64,000 bases of DNA, taken from Phoronis australis. Its lineage: Eukaryota; Animalia; Phoronida. A model generated the notes under the pieces. The model did no database searches. It saw nothing but the letters and a program-made list of their open reading frames with translations, and was not told the DNA's origin. The stretch lies in NCBI GenBank assembly GCA_002633005.1, contig NMRA01000045.1, positions 1,233,552-1,297,551 on the forward strand, given 5' to 3'. Positions within the stretch are counted from its first letter, which is position 1. Each line of letters begins with the position of its first letter. Both the position numbers and the translations under genes were made by a program. This document shows positions 52,501 to 63,722 of this stretch, piece by piece.

Positions 52501-54922
52501 ACTGTTTCCTCCCTTTGAATTTTTACAATGCTACATCCTTGACAATCGCAGATTGCCTCTTTCAATGCATACTCCACTTCCTCTGTCCCAGTTTCCCCAC
52601 ATTTGCTGAGAGTGGCCTATCTCAACAAATTACTTTGGACCTGTTGTGGTATAAGCCAGTAATCTTTGGCAAATACTTTTTCCCCAACTCGTTCCTCAAG
52701 CTACAAATTCTCTTTGACATATCTTCTGGGAGTAGACTTTTCGGCCTCTCTCTAGCCCCCTCACTTAGTTGTCCAGAAGGGTACCTTCTTGCTGGTTGTG
52801 AACTTTTCCATACCCAACCTTTACTAATAATCGGCAAGTCTCCAACTTCAGCAGAAGCCACTTCTTCAGCATAAGCCTTTCCTGATTCCTAAAATTGTAT
52901 TAATGAAAAATTAAACATATTAAATTTAATGTGGCCATTTCGGCTCACAAAATATGAATACCAAGCTAAAGTGAAGGCACCAATATTTTTGACGGCTTTA
53001 GCATGTTTAATTAACTTCATAATCGCAGAAAATCATTGGTAGACAAAACATACTCCCTAGTCTCTAAAAGTAGTTCATGGGCAGAAGTCATGTTACACAT
53101 TTGGTGGTTGTTATGAAAAGTTATGATGACTACCTATTTTCTATGCCAATGTATACATGTAGTTGCATAAACATCAACACATTTGAATAAGATATGATTA
53201 AGCAATAAGGCCCAAGTTATAAGCAATCACGGTGTGTCAATAAAAGTATTTTTGCATGAATGACGTGCTTCTAAAAATATTCCTCAGGGTCAGACCCTGG
53301 AGTTTAGTGATTCCTACCTGAGCTCACACGAAGCAGGACGTTGAACCTTGACTTAACGTCTTTGGTCATTTTTCAGACCTCTATCAGGCTCTATCAGATT
53401 TCTCCTCTAGTGTGCAGTGGATGTTCTCAGTGTCTTTGGCGACAGCAATATATCTCGAGTGTTGTAACGATGATTCGGGCAAGTGAATCTAATACGGTAG
53501 ATTATGTAGCTCCTGCTGCACACCTGCCTCCGAGGCAGACACTGAGACAGACTACTTCTCAGGAGGACACGTTCCACCTCCACATCAGCTCCACGTACTC
53601 TTATAAGGTGCTCAAATGTCTCGCTCTATACCTTGTGCATTTCCCAAGAGTTTCCAAAGTTGTTTCTCTCCGCAATTTGTAGAAATACCACATTCGATGC
53701 GACTGGCAGTGCCAGATAAATAGATAAATTCGCAAACCCGCACTTTAGGTCAGCCATCATTCAACTAACGCATTGTAAGCTTTAGTTTGGTATTCAGACG
53801 AATTGAATGAACAAATTTAGTATAATTTCATATTTTAGTGGGAAATGCTAGTGTCTTTAAAATTAATTAAAAACATTTAAGCAAACCAATTCTTTTAATT
53901 GTTGTATTATACCACGGCATATTAATGCGTAGAAACGGCGCACAACTAGTGACTGGTTTAACATGACAAATACACATACGCGGTCTGAAAATAGTGAAAT
54001 TCAGACACCTATTACCAAGCCTGCCTGAAGGGCTGACAAAGTTTTTATTGTATTAATTTCAAGGGCATGGAGTCTTCTACATGTCCATGTTATTATTTTT
54101 AGTTTTCTCGCGGGGGCAGCTTCGCTATAAGGGTACAACTTACTGCTGGTTTTTCACAAGAAGGAAATGTACCTCCACGGAAACAGTTCCAGTGTTACCA
54201 TGGTAACAGATATTGCAGTGTCGGTGCCGTTTTTACTGACATTGGTCATGAACCTATCATGTGATATCAAAATTGTTCAGAAACGATTCTGTTTGAAGCA
54301 GAAACTGGAGTAGAAAATTTGGTCAAAAATGACTCATTCCACACCAAGAAATTGCCTCATTTTGCCCCCAAGAACACTTCCCTTGTATCTCCTAAACCAC
54401 CAAACTTTGTGGTGTCATACTTCACCCAATTTCTCTCATCCCTAATGTGATTTATCAGACTAAACATGGATCTGAATGGCTGACCCCCCACCTTGCCGCT
54501 TGTTGGCTGTACAGTGGTCGGTGGATCCGTGGACTGATACTTAATCACTCCAAAATGAAAAGTGAAAAGAACATGTTACTTACCTACCAGTCTCGGAGGA
54601 ATGACTGCAGGACGACTAGGGGAAACAAATAAATACAAGAACAGCATAATCGTGTTGCTATTGTGAGTCTTTGTGTACAAAACCTCGACTCTTTTTTCCA
54701 GTTTACTATTCACAAATGCCAGTACAGACTAAAACAGTCAGACCTCCATCACAGCCAGCATACCAACCACCACGATACCAAGTGCCACAGAAGCGGGAAC
54801 GCAAACCTATTCTGGTCATCAACCCAGAGACGGGGAAGAGTATCAACGATGACCTGGCGTCTACCACCAGCAGCACAAGTAGCGCAAGTAGCTCAAGGAA
54901 CAGCACTCCGCCTGGTGTTTAG
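42568..54922 (+). CDS. Predicted chimeric TRIM-eIF4G(N-terminal/PABP-binding) gene, locus A, about 606 aa
   Basis: Join 42568-43587, 45175-45354 (E12 copy), 45896-46024 (E3 copy), 48000-48161 (E4 copy), 48872-48980 (E5 copy) and 54702-54922 (E6 copy, TAG). All splice sites are intact, phases are compatible and there are no internal stops. The TRIM donor is weak. Confidence 0.6.
45175..45354 (+). CDS. Duplicated eIF4G exon 12
   Basis: ESMGGGDRRSGLRDWYPMPPKV...ENEWKTGSLRKTEDDLDVQKTE versus 17137-17316; same length and splice sites; 20/60 aa differ. Confidence 0.85.
45896..46024 (+). CDS. Duplicated eIF4G exon 3
   Basis: 4 nt differences from 7871-7999 (3 synonymous, 1 Q>H). Confidence 0.88.
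48000..48161 (+). CDS. Duplicated eIF4G exon 4
   Basis: Same length and phase as 9166-9327; [37 protein letters not shown]. Confidence 0.88.
48872..48980 (+). CDS. Duplicated eIF4G exon 5
   Basis: 4 nt differences from 10305-10413 (3 synonymous, 1 Q>R). Confidence 0.88.
49516..54540. mobile_element. About 5-kb TTAA-targeting DNA transposon (Kolobok-like?) inserted in the duplicated intron
   Basis: TTAA|GTACTAGTCCACG...GCGGCAAGGTGGGGGTCAGCC on the left; GGCTGACCCCCCACCTTGCCGC...CGTGGACTGATAC|TTAA on the right. The parental intron has a single TTAA at 10942-10945. A related terminus occurs at 57621-57650. Confidence 0.75.
54702..54922 (+). CDS. Duplicated eIF4G exon 6 with PABP-binding motif, now terminal
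   Basis: [22 protein letters not shown] at 54791-54856; new stop TAG at 54920-54922; the original GTAAGA donor is not preserved. Confidence 0.85.
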
Positions 54923-57900
54923 CAATGAATGGACTACCGCCGTCGAAAGTGAAGATTCAGTTTGCACATTGGTTTCAATGAAGATTCACAATATATGTCC
55001 ACCACATGCCATGAGACGCCATTCTGACCTAGCGATCTCAAGTCCGCCCAGACGGAAAGAGTCGGGAAATTAACGATCTGCAAACCATACCAGTGTTTAC
55101 ACATTCTAACAAACATCGCATTTCGGGCATTTGTCAGCAACAGTTAAAAATATGTTGGCTGCGATCTTTCCTGTGTATCATTGAATTGTATATTATTAAA
55201 ACTAAGCTATCCGGTAATAACATTTCGCGGTCTTTGAACTGTACTTTAAAATTAGTTCTAGTATTACTTTGATATAGTGGAATCGACAAATAATGAAGAA
55301 TTTAGCGACGTAATCATCAGCTGTTAAAACCGGTGTTCAAGCTTTTCACTAGACGTGAAGCCTGTACTATTGACTTACCGTACTTTTTCATTGTGTGCTT
55401 TCCTCTTTGCCATGATACCGAGTAATCTTTTATATCAACTGACAAGCCACGTGAGTTCAGCCTGCAATCAATTAGAGTTTGCATCTATTGAGGGCATCAA
55501 ACCTTCCACCATTGTCGTAAATGCTTGAATTCGGTCACCAATAGTTTTAGTGTGATATTTTAAATATTTTTTCTTCACTTTGTGTACTTGTAATGAATAA
55601 TGAAAGCAGAAATTAAAAAATGACATAAATGTAAGTGGGGTCAAGGAAGAGCAGCTGCTCCTGGGCGCTAGCAAAAAGGGGCGGCCAAGAGGGCCCCAGA
55701 TGAGCGCCCGGGGGGCACCACTGAAACACGTGGAAAGCGGAGGTGGCCGGGGGCGCCAGATACATATCGGAAGGGTGACTGTTAAGTAAGTGTGGATAAA
55801 GGAACAAACAAGTATCTACCAAAGGGGGGAGCATGCAACTGATAACCTGGGAGGGGGCAGGTCACACTGCTACCGACCGGCGGGGGCTCAACGAGCTTTT
55901 ATCGACCGGCGAGGGGTGCAATGTTTGTCCCTGCCTTACGTCACTTCGTTTCCGAATTGCACTACCTCGGCTGGTAACCTTATTGCATGTCATGAAATTA
56001 TTAGGGTATGGGTGCAATACGTGCCCCGCCCCAGCTTCCTATCACCCCAGTTTCATGACAATTATCCAAACATAACATTGAAATTATTGAGGAGCAATTG
56101 AAGTCAATATTTTTACCATACTTTAGATGAATAAGAGATCACTTGAAATGTTGAAATGCGCATTCAAATCAGGTGGTAACTTTGAATGGTAAAAAGTCTG
56201 TCCAAATTGCCTCGTTTTAGAGTTGTTCTCCAAATTCTGATGCTGATGGAGTCTGGAAGCGAGACAAGTCGAAACATTGCCGCAAGTGGTCTGATTACTT
56301 CTGCAGATTGTAATCTATCGTGTGTACCAAAATGCAATGTGCGTTCGTTCGCCGCGGCCCTCATGTCCTCGTGGGCAGTTCGGGTGAAAGTGTGCGGCCC
56401 GCAGTCGTTATTCGACCCAGACTTCGCTCGTGCTTTACGACTGAAAGCGTTAAAGCCGAATAGAAATCGGTTTGTAGGTAACGTGAGCTCTGAAGAAGTT
56501 AAACGCTCGTAAGTTGACGCATAAGCGGATTTAGGGGGTGGNGCAGAGGGCCCACCCCCCTTCGCTGCCACAAAAAAATAAAACAGCAAGAGCGTAGGGA
56601 AATGTTGAGTTTATTAATTATCCCCGGTAATTAAAATTATCAGGCTGAAACAAGATTTAAATGTGTGCAGTTTTAGGGTTTGGGGGGGGCTCAGATCCAA
56701 TTTCAAGTGTCAAATTCGGAAATTCGGAACACGGCGCAATCGTAACGGAAGTATGACTAAGTATAGACTCTCCCGCGATATCTCAGGCGACCGGCAGTGG
56801 CACTGGGCACTACGACTCCGTTTTCGTCGTCTGCTCCACTGAGCAACGAAGAAAATTAGGACCTATTTCATTTTTTAAAGAAAATGGGATCTTTGTGATG
56901 ATGAAAAAACAGAAGCTGCTGGTAAGATGCCAATTTTAAGTAATCGAAGCCTTAGTGAATCACTCAGAAACTCATAATTCTTTCTTAATCTTTGTCAAAC
57001 CTTAACTTAAGACTATTTCCAAAGCAATCGCGTCATTATTGCCAACACAAAAAACGGATTTGATCTTTTGGGCAATTGAAGACTATTTTAAATACAACAA
57101 ATTTGTTACGAACTGATTGCGCAAAATATAAAACATGTAATAAGCATTACAAAAAGAAGTTTTCGCGCGCAAACGCTGTGGACCATAATCAAGTAGGTCT
57201 CTTAGCATCATAATATTACGAGTTAAATTGTTGTGGTGCAGTGGTAAAGCACTCGCGCTCTATCCGCCAGTGCCGGGAGTTCGGGTCTGTAGCGCTTGCA
57301 GTTTTTCCTGTTTGACACTTTCTCCGTTTTTTTTTGTTTTTTTTTTGCCTTTTTTTCTTGGATAACACTTCGGGAATCAAGCAAAATGCTAGATTTTTAG
57401 AGGAAAAACAGAAAAATTTACTGGAAGGGAAGGGGGGCAAACCCCCCTCCCTACCTCCCCCCATTCTGTGCTACTGCGCTGCGCATACAATCGTGCTTTG
57501 AGCAAATGTTTACAGACAAAATATTGGGCCCCCTTGTGATATCCTAGTTTCGCCACTGTAACGCTCTCACTTTTGGGTCGTAATATCACGCTCGTAATTT
57601 TAGCAAAATAGTTTTTAAATTTAAGTACTAGTCTACGAGACCACCAGCCAATAAATTAATATGTAGCCAGATGATGGTTTCGGTGGTGCAAAATACGATC
57701 TACAAAATACGAGTGTACAACTGTCTCAGAGTTCACGCGACCTAAAGACCAATTTCGCATTGGCTGTAATGATTGCGTTAATGACCAACGAAGTCTCGCT
57801 CGTGCAGTGTTGTAATGCTGGATGTCAGGGATTTATCGGAGTGGGTCTTCAAATAAACTGACGGCCATCTGCATACTTATATTCCTTGACCTTGAACCTC

Positions 57901-60896
57901 GGTCAACGGCATCTATTGGTACATATGTGAACTACAATAACAGCCGATACTGCAGCTCGTAATTAAGTGGATTCCAGCAGCCACGCATGCCTTGGTCTTG
58001 CTTAATTAGACGGAATAGGTGCATGAATCACTTCTTTAGCAGACATGTGCTGTGACGTCGTACGTACTGTTTTCAGTGAGTCACCGACAAGTAGCGCTGT
58101 ACATAATGTTTTCTTAGAATTCCCCAGGCTTGGAAATCCCAGCGATCAACGAGGAAGCGGCGAATGATTGTGAGGTGGACTGACCAACAGCAAGGTTAAA
58201 GAAGTTTTCAGTGGGTTGAACTGTTTTTCCACTAGCTACATAATTCATCGATGCACCAGCAAACCTTGGAGTTCATAGGTTGACGGAAACATGTGGGAAC
58301 TTACGCCTCGTAACGAAACTCGGTCGATCTGAAAACAAAGCCGTCGCAACTGTTGTGCGTGAACTTGGAATCTTGCTTGAACTCAGGTTCCTGTATGCTT
58401 GAACTTGGAATTGAATATTCATTTGGACAATTAGGTGAAATTTTTGTTCAATGTAAAGACTTTTTGTAATTACTGGCCTCTGCCTGATCACCCATTTTCT
58501 CCTTCAGCATCATAACTTGTATCAGTAAAGAATCGGAGGAATATGTGAGTGGTTAAATCAATTTTTGCCGTTTGGTGAACAAGGTCGCCAATAGTTGAAC
58601 CAGGATTGATTAAGATTGCTAAGTAAACAACAACATATTGATCGTCGTCATTTTGACTTATACACCGCTGTACAGTGTACCTGTACGGTCTGTGTCACCT
58701 GAGTACTGGACTATTGGGAACTTTTGTCTTGATAATGGTTTAGACAATAAACTGCAACGTCGATCATATCATACATGTATATTCATATATGCCCTGATTT
58801 TAAAGCTCGTACTCATATTTTGGCCAAAAACAAATGTGATTAAAATTTACTTTATTTTAATAACATGTAATTTGATTTGGAACCGGCAGTTCAAATTTTT
58901 ATCAGCGTGAAAGTGATTATTTGGGCGGGCTTGTCAAGATTTCTCGTGTTTATCAAGTTCACGCATATGCAATCTTGTGATAAAGCAGGATTCCAAGTAC
59001 AGGCTCAGCATAAGAAGTAGCTGGTTCCCTGCTTGTCCGCTAATGGTCTACCTCCTTGTAGACACGCAGGGAACCAGCGAGTTGCAACAAAAGCGGACGG
59101 GTGAGACGTAAGAGTTAGTTCGTTTATAATACTTATTCTTCACATCTGAAACTTTTTCTTTGAGGTGCCAAAATTGTGTTTCATAGGGATGTTCTCGAAT
59201 CATAATCCTATGCTAAGTGGAAAAGCCGACGTTTATTTGATTGAATTTCAATAGGCGATCGAATGTGGCGAAACTTCATGTCGACCCTATCCGGGGTCGC
59301 AGCCGCTACTGAGAGAGAGGAAATAAATAATAAAATGCGGATTTTTTTAACGAAATCTAAGGATTTTGCATGTCCGACAAGTATGCAATTGCAGTACACA
59401 ATTGGAGGCTGAAACGACGGCAAAATTGCGATCTCTAGCTTTCAAGACCGTGACCTAAACGAAGTTGTGTTAAAATCTAACCGCCATGCTCAATTGAAAT
59501 CACGGTGAAGAGTGTTTAACTTGTAAATTCAAGGAAAACAGAATATGTAATTATAAGAAATTGATGGCGTTTGATTGTGATTTGGTCAGCCATTTAATTA
59601 ATTGTTTTATTTATATGTGTTTATTATGTTATTATTGTTATTATTGTTATTGTATAATGGTCTAATAAATTAATTAAATAGGCCTACATCGAGATCGCTC
59701 GCTGGCCTCGCCTGTCCGCTACTTCGACTGTTCGACTTTCGTTATGAGGTGAAAATTCCCTTATGCATGTTCCCGTCAACCTATTCCTATATTAAAATTA
59801 TACTCTTCTTTGTTTTTCTTCTTGAAGCACCAAAATTCATCAAGAAAACACTCAGTAGTGGACGTCACCTGGAGACACAATGTTGTTATTTAGAATTTAA
59901 AATTAAAAAGTGTATACAGAAAAAATGCATAATGCAGGTTAAAAACAGCTAAGTAAACTTAGTTTATGTCTGCGAATTATACAAGTGGCTGGTCCTGAAG
60001 CGTCAAAGGGTTCTTACACGAGTACCTATCTGTACGTTGTTTAAGAGCAGAACGATGATCATTCTAAGGACTATACAAGTACGCGAACATTAAGGAGAAG
60101 TACGAGTACTTTAAACAAATGTAGATTAAGCTCATTTCTACGTCAGTGCGGAACACTGCAGACTGTATTTGTTTAAGAAACCCTTTGGCGCTTCTTAAGG
60201 ACGCTTGTGTATGAACGCTATTTCGTAAACAACCATTTCTTGTTGTCGTTTTTTGTTCCCTGCCTCACGAGATGAACCTGTGCGTGGAGTAGTAGGCCTG
60301 AGAGGGGGAAACTGGTAGTTATCAAGGTACTGGCCTAATTCCGCTCGAACAAGCAACTGGCAAGCTCGGGTGCACTATCGGGCATTTGCTGAGTTCACTG
60401 GTAACCGGCCTAACGTTTCAAGCATCTCGTTCATCTCATTTGTGTCTCTTGCCAACGAGATTTGGCGTCCCCATCTCCCATTTAGCCACCTGAGAATTTT
60501 GCCACGTAGCATTTGGCAAGTTGAAGTTATGCGAAGCGTCAATCCCTGATGACATAGATGAATCCAGACAAAATATTGATAATGATTTACGAATTTAACT
60601 CGTTTTGCTCCCTGGCTGTTACTGATAGCTCTCATTAGAAAATTGTGATGCTGAGTCTAAGCCTCATTCTCAGTTCAGCAACGATGCATTTTGCTTCTAA
60701 GTTGATTCTAACAGTGTGACCTAACAGTGTGACAAGGGAGGAATTTACACATAGTGGAGTTTCATGGTTCAGTTCTCAGTTTTACACCTGACTGATTTAC
60801 TTGTAGGTTGACTGATTTTGGATGATGCTATTTTCATCGGTCAATTTTCGTGTATCAATCTCATCCTCATTCCACTGCTTTTCAGTTTCTGCAGCC

Positions 60897-61307
60897 ATGG
60901 CCAGCAACGCTTCAGCTTTGTCTGCACCTTTGTTAGGAATTCAGCGAGAAGAGATGACTTGCGCGATATGTTTGTCGGTTTTTACTGATCCGAAGGCTCT
61001 TTCGTGCCTGCATTCGTTTTGTACAAGCTGCATTGTTGACCATATTGGTAATACAAGTAGGCATGAAAAGATCGATTGTCCGATATGCAAGAAAGAGACC
61101 ATCATACCGCCAGCTGTAATGGGACTGAAGCTGCCTGCTCTTTACTCAGGGAAAGACGAACACATTTCGGTTGGTAACACGGAGCTGAAAGCCCCTGTAG
61201 ACACTACCAATCAGGTAGCAGGCCGTAAGGACAAGAAAGACTTGAAATATAAACACACGGAAGGTAGAGAAAACAGCTTTTTATGCGCCCACATTATTTC
61301 ACATATT

Positions 61308-61359
<52 letters not shown>

Positions 61360-63722
61360 NTTGTTTGGCTGTCCGCTTGATATTTCAAAAAACCCTGGTC
61401 GGATATCGATGAAATTTGGCACAAAGGTGTAGGACATCAGTAGAGCTGTTTGTGATACTTTTCCATCTGCCCTTCCCCAGGGGTCAGGGGAGTGGATTCG
61501 CCCACGTCATTTGTGTTTTATGGTGGATTCGACCACGTCATTTGTGTTTTATGGTGGATTCGCCCACGTCATTTGTGTTTTATGGTGGATTCGACCACTG
61601 CAGAGTCTCGTAGTGCCCATTTGTGCACTCTTACTGAAAGTCCTGAAAAGATTATTTATTTCTGACACGCTTTTGTAGCAAGGAAACCAAATTTGTAAGT
61701 TTTATGTGAAAAAAATGTGTTCCGAGAAAAATGCGGCGATCTCCGTTTGAAATAACGATTGGCAAAAAATGCGATCATGTAATTATGAAAATTTGGACTT
61801 TACTTTTGTGCACATAATAAAATAAATTCTCAGGTCATCAACGAATTTTAAAATCCATAATTACTTTCAAGGCTTTTCTATATGCGTTAATACTTAAACT
61901 GATCCTTGGTAAAGATAAACATCGTTTTCTTTGTGGCAAAGCTCTGTATACAGTCTTGTAAAATGTTTCTCGTGATGCTAAAATTTAGTAAGAGGGAGCG
62001 CCGGTGGATGGGCGACAGGGGAGAGGTATGTCGTTTCCACCCCCGTTGGCGTTGACAGATGGCTCCCGCTCAATTCTCTTCATGGTTCGATTTGTCCATG
62101 CTATGTAGTACTGTAATGAGCTTTTCCAATCTTGGAGAAAATTCTCATGAGAGTGGGATGAAGGTTGACCCAGTCACAATAGTGGAGGTAACAAACGTAT
62201 GTGTCCAAAGTTAGAATTCCGTTCCAGCTTTACTTTTTCATATTCTGATACAGGGATTTACTTTTTAAACGTTCCACTTCACTATATATCAACTCAAAGT
62301 TCAAACGGCTGTAGTTTGCATGCTGGGTTCCGATGATTATTTGTTCTCTTCCATTTTATAATATTGTTACCTCTATTTAAGTTACTTTTCACCATGATAT
62401 TACATGTTTGTACTAATTGTTGGCGTATGTTCAATAGCTCTTGTGTTGTGGATTTTGGGTTCATTGGTGAGACAAGTATTTTGCACAACTTTGCCCCTTC
62501 CCTTTGTGACATTTTCTGTTGATTTAATCGATGCTCTTTGATGACAGACGTTGCCAATTCCTTTGAGATTTGTTGTTTTACGACAGTACCACCAGAATAA
62601 TATTCAATTTCTAATGATATATAAGTTTATTATATTTCAGGAATGTCAATACCTTCATAAGTTGAAGTGACTACGAACTCACATTTTGCCGACGATATTG
62701 ACTTCTGATTTAGACCACTTGTCGCTATTACATGGGACTCGAGTAATTTGTGACAATTTGTTTTTGAGTGCGCGGCAAGACTTATAGAAGCTATCAGTTT
62801 TATCCAAGCCCCGAAGTCACCTATTTTGAGTGAACAATTTGAGACTATGCAATTTTTTATATCAAGTGATTTAAATCAAAAGTTGTCGGGTTATTGTGGT
62901 AAAAGAGGACTTGACAGGTTTTTTAGTTAATACACTCAAAACCACCATTTACCTCGCTTTGACAAATGACTACATTGTCAGCGTCATAAAACCTCTCTTG
63001 GCAGCGCGTATCACAACCGTGAATTCTGCTGTATCTGAAAAACCGTAGACCCGCGACTTCCGTTGAACGTTTTTTTAGCTCCACGGACACGAGTGAGGAG
63101 TATGGAGGTACACAGCACCAGTGTGTCATGTCCACAAACATGCGAGTTTCTTGTACAAACTTGTGCCATATCCGCGCTTCTCTGATGTCCCAGGAAACGT
63201 GAAAAGAGTCTCAACGTGGTCAACTATCAAGTTGTCACAACCACCTCGCCAATCTTCATTACACCACAAAACTTGGGAAAACGCGCAGCATTATCAAATG
63301 ACCTTTCACCCTAAACACAATGGAGAATGACTATAGTGCTGTGATTGCTTGTCCCGATTTTACGTGGTATATATCGACCAATAAGTGATTGTAACTTGAG
63401 ATCAGCTAATTAGCATATCGTTAGATACTGTTTGCAGGTGTACTAATTTGACAGTTGGTTGACTAGTGGGGATGTTTTTTGGTGATTTTAATATGAAAAT
63501 GGCGATTTGATTACTTAAACGGTTTTCTTCTATGAAAGACGCATTTATCACTCTTTTGCCTTAGAGTGGTACTCTTCGTTGTTTTCAGAATCACGGAGCC
63601 CAGTTGATCATGAAAACAAAAAGTCATACGATCGGGAATTTTTGTTGAGTTTACAGTTTGTCGTCAAGTCGTTGAAGAAACCTGATGGCTTACCTGAGCT
63701 CCCTGAGATTATTTTAGATCAG
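60897..63722 (+). CDS. Chimeric RING-eIF4G(eIF4E-binding) gene, locus B; continues past the window end
   Basis: Exon 60897-61263 encodes an intact RING-HC (CAIC...CLHSFCTSC...CPIC) fused in frame to the eIF4G E9 copy (...ELKAPVDTTNQVAGRKDKKDLKYKHTE), with a phase-1 donor. Exon 63589-63722 encodes ESRSPVDHENKKSYDREFLLSLQFVVKSLKKPDGLPELPEIILDQ (E10 copy). 63723-64000 matches the parental intron 16536-16775. Confidence 0.8.
61318..61359. repeat. (TG)n microsatellite inside an interspersed repeat copy
   Basis: About 21 TG units. Confidence 0.95.
61492..61598. repeat. 31-bp tandem repeat, about 3.4 copies
   Basis: Unit GTGGATTCG(C/A)CCACGTCATTTGTGTTTTATG. Confidence 0.9.

Noticed and set aside
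52359-52874. 171-aa ORF and an opposite-strand 79-aa ORF
   Set aside because: Inside the TTAA element, with no recognisable domain; the opposite frame is broken by stops.
45150-55000. Duplicated eIF4G exons as a haplotig/assembly artefact or retrocopy
   Set aside because: Copies are substantially diverged, reordered, keep introns and carry their own insertions. This fits neither an allelic duplicate nor a processed pseudogene.
61492-61598. Repeat of CRISPR-like length (31 bp)
   Set aside because: Head-to-tail with no spacers, in a eukaryotic intron; a minisatellite.
62923-63141. THAP-like start (MTHWCCVP...LRFFR) on the minus strand
   Set aside because: Lacks the second Cys spacing, the conserved Trp and the C-x-x-H-F end; at most a decayed transposon remnant.
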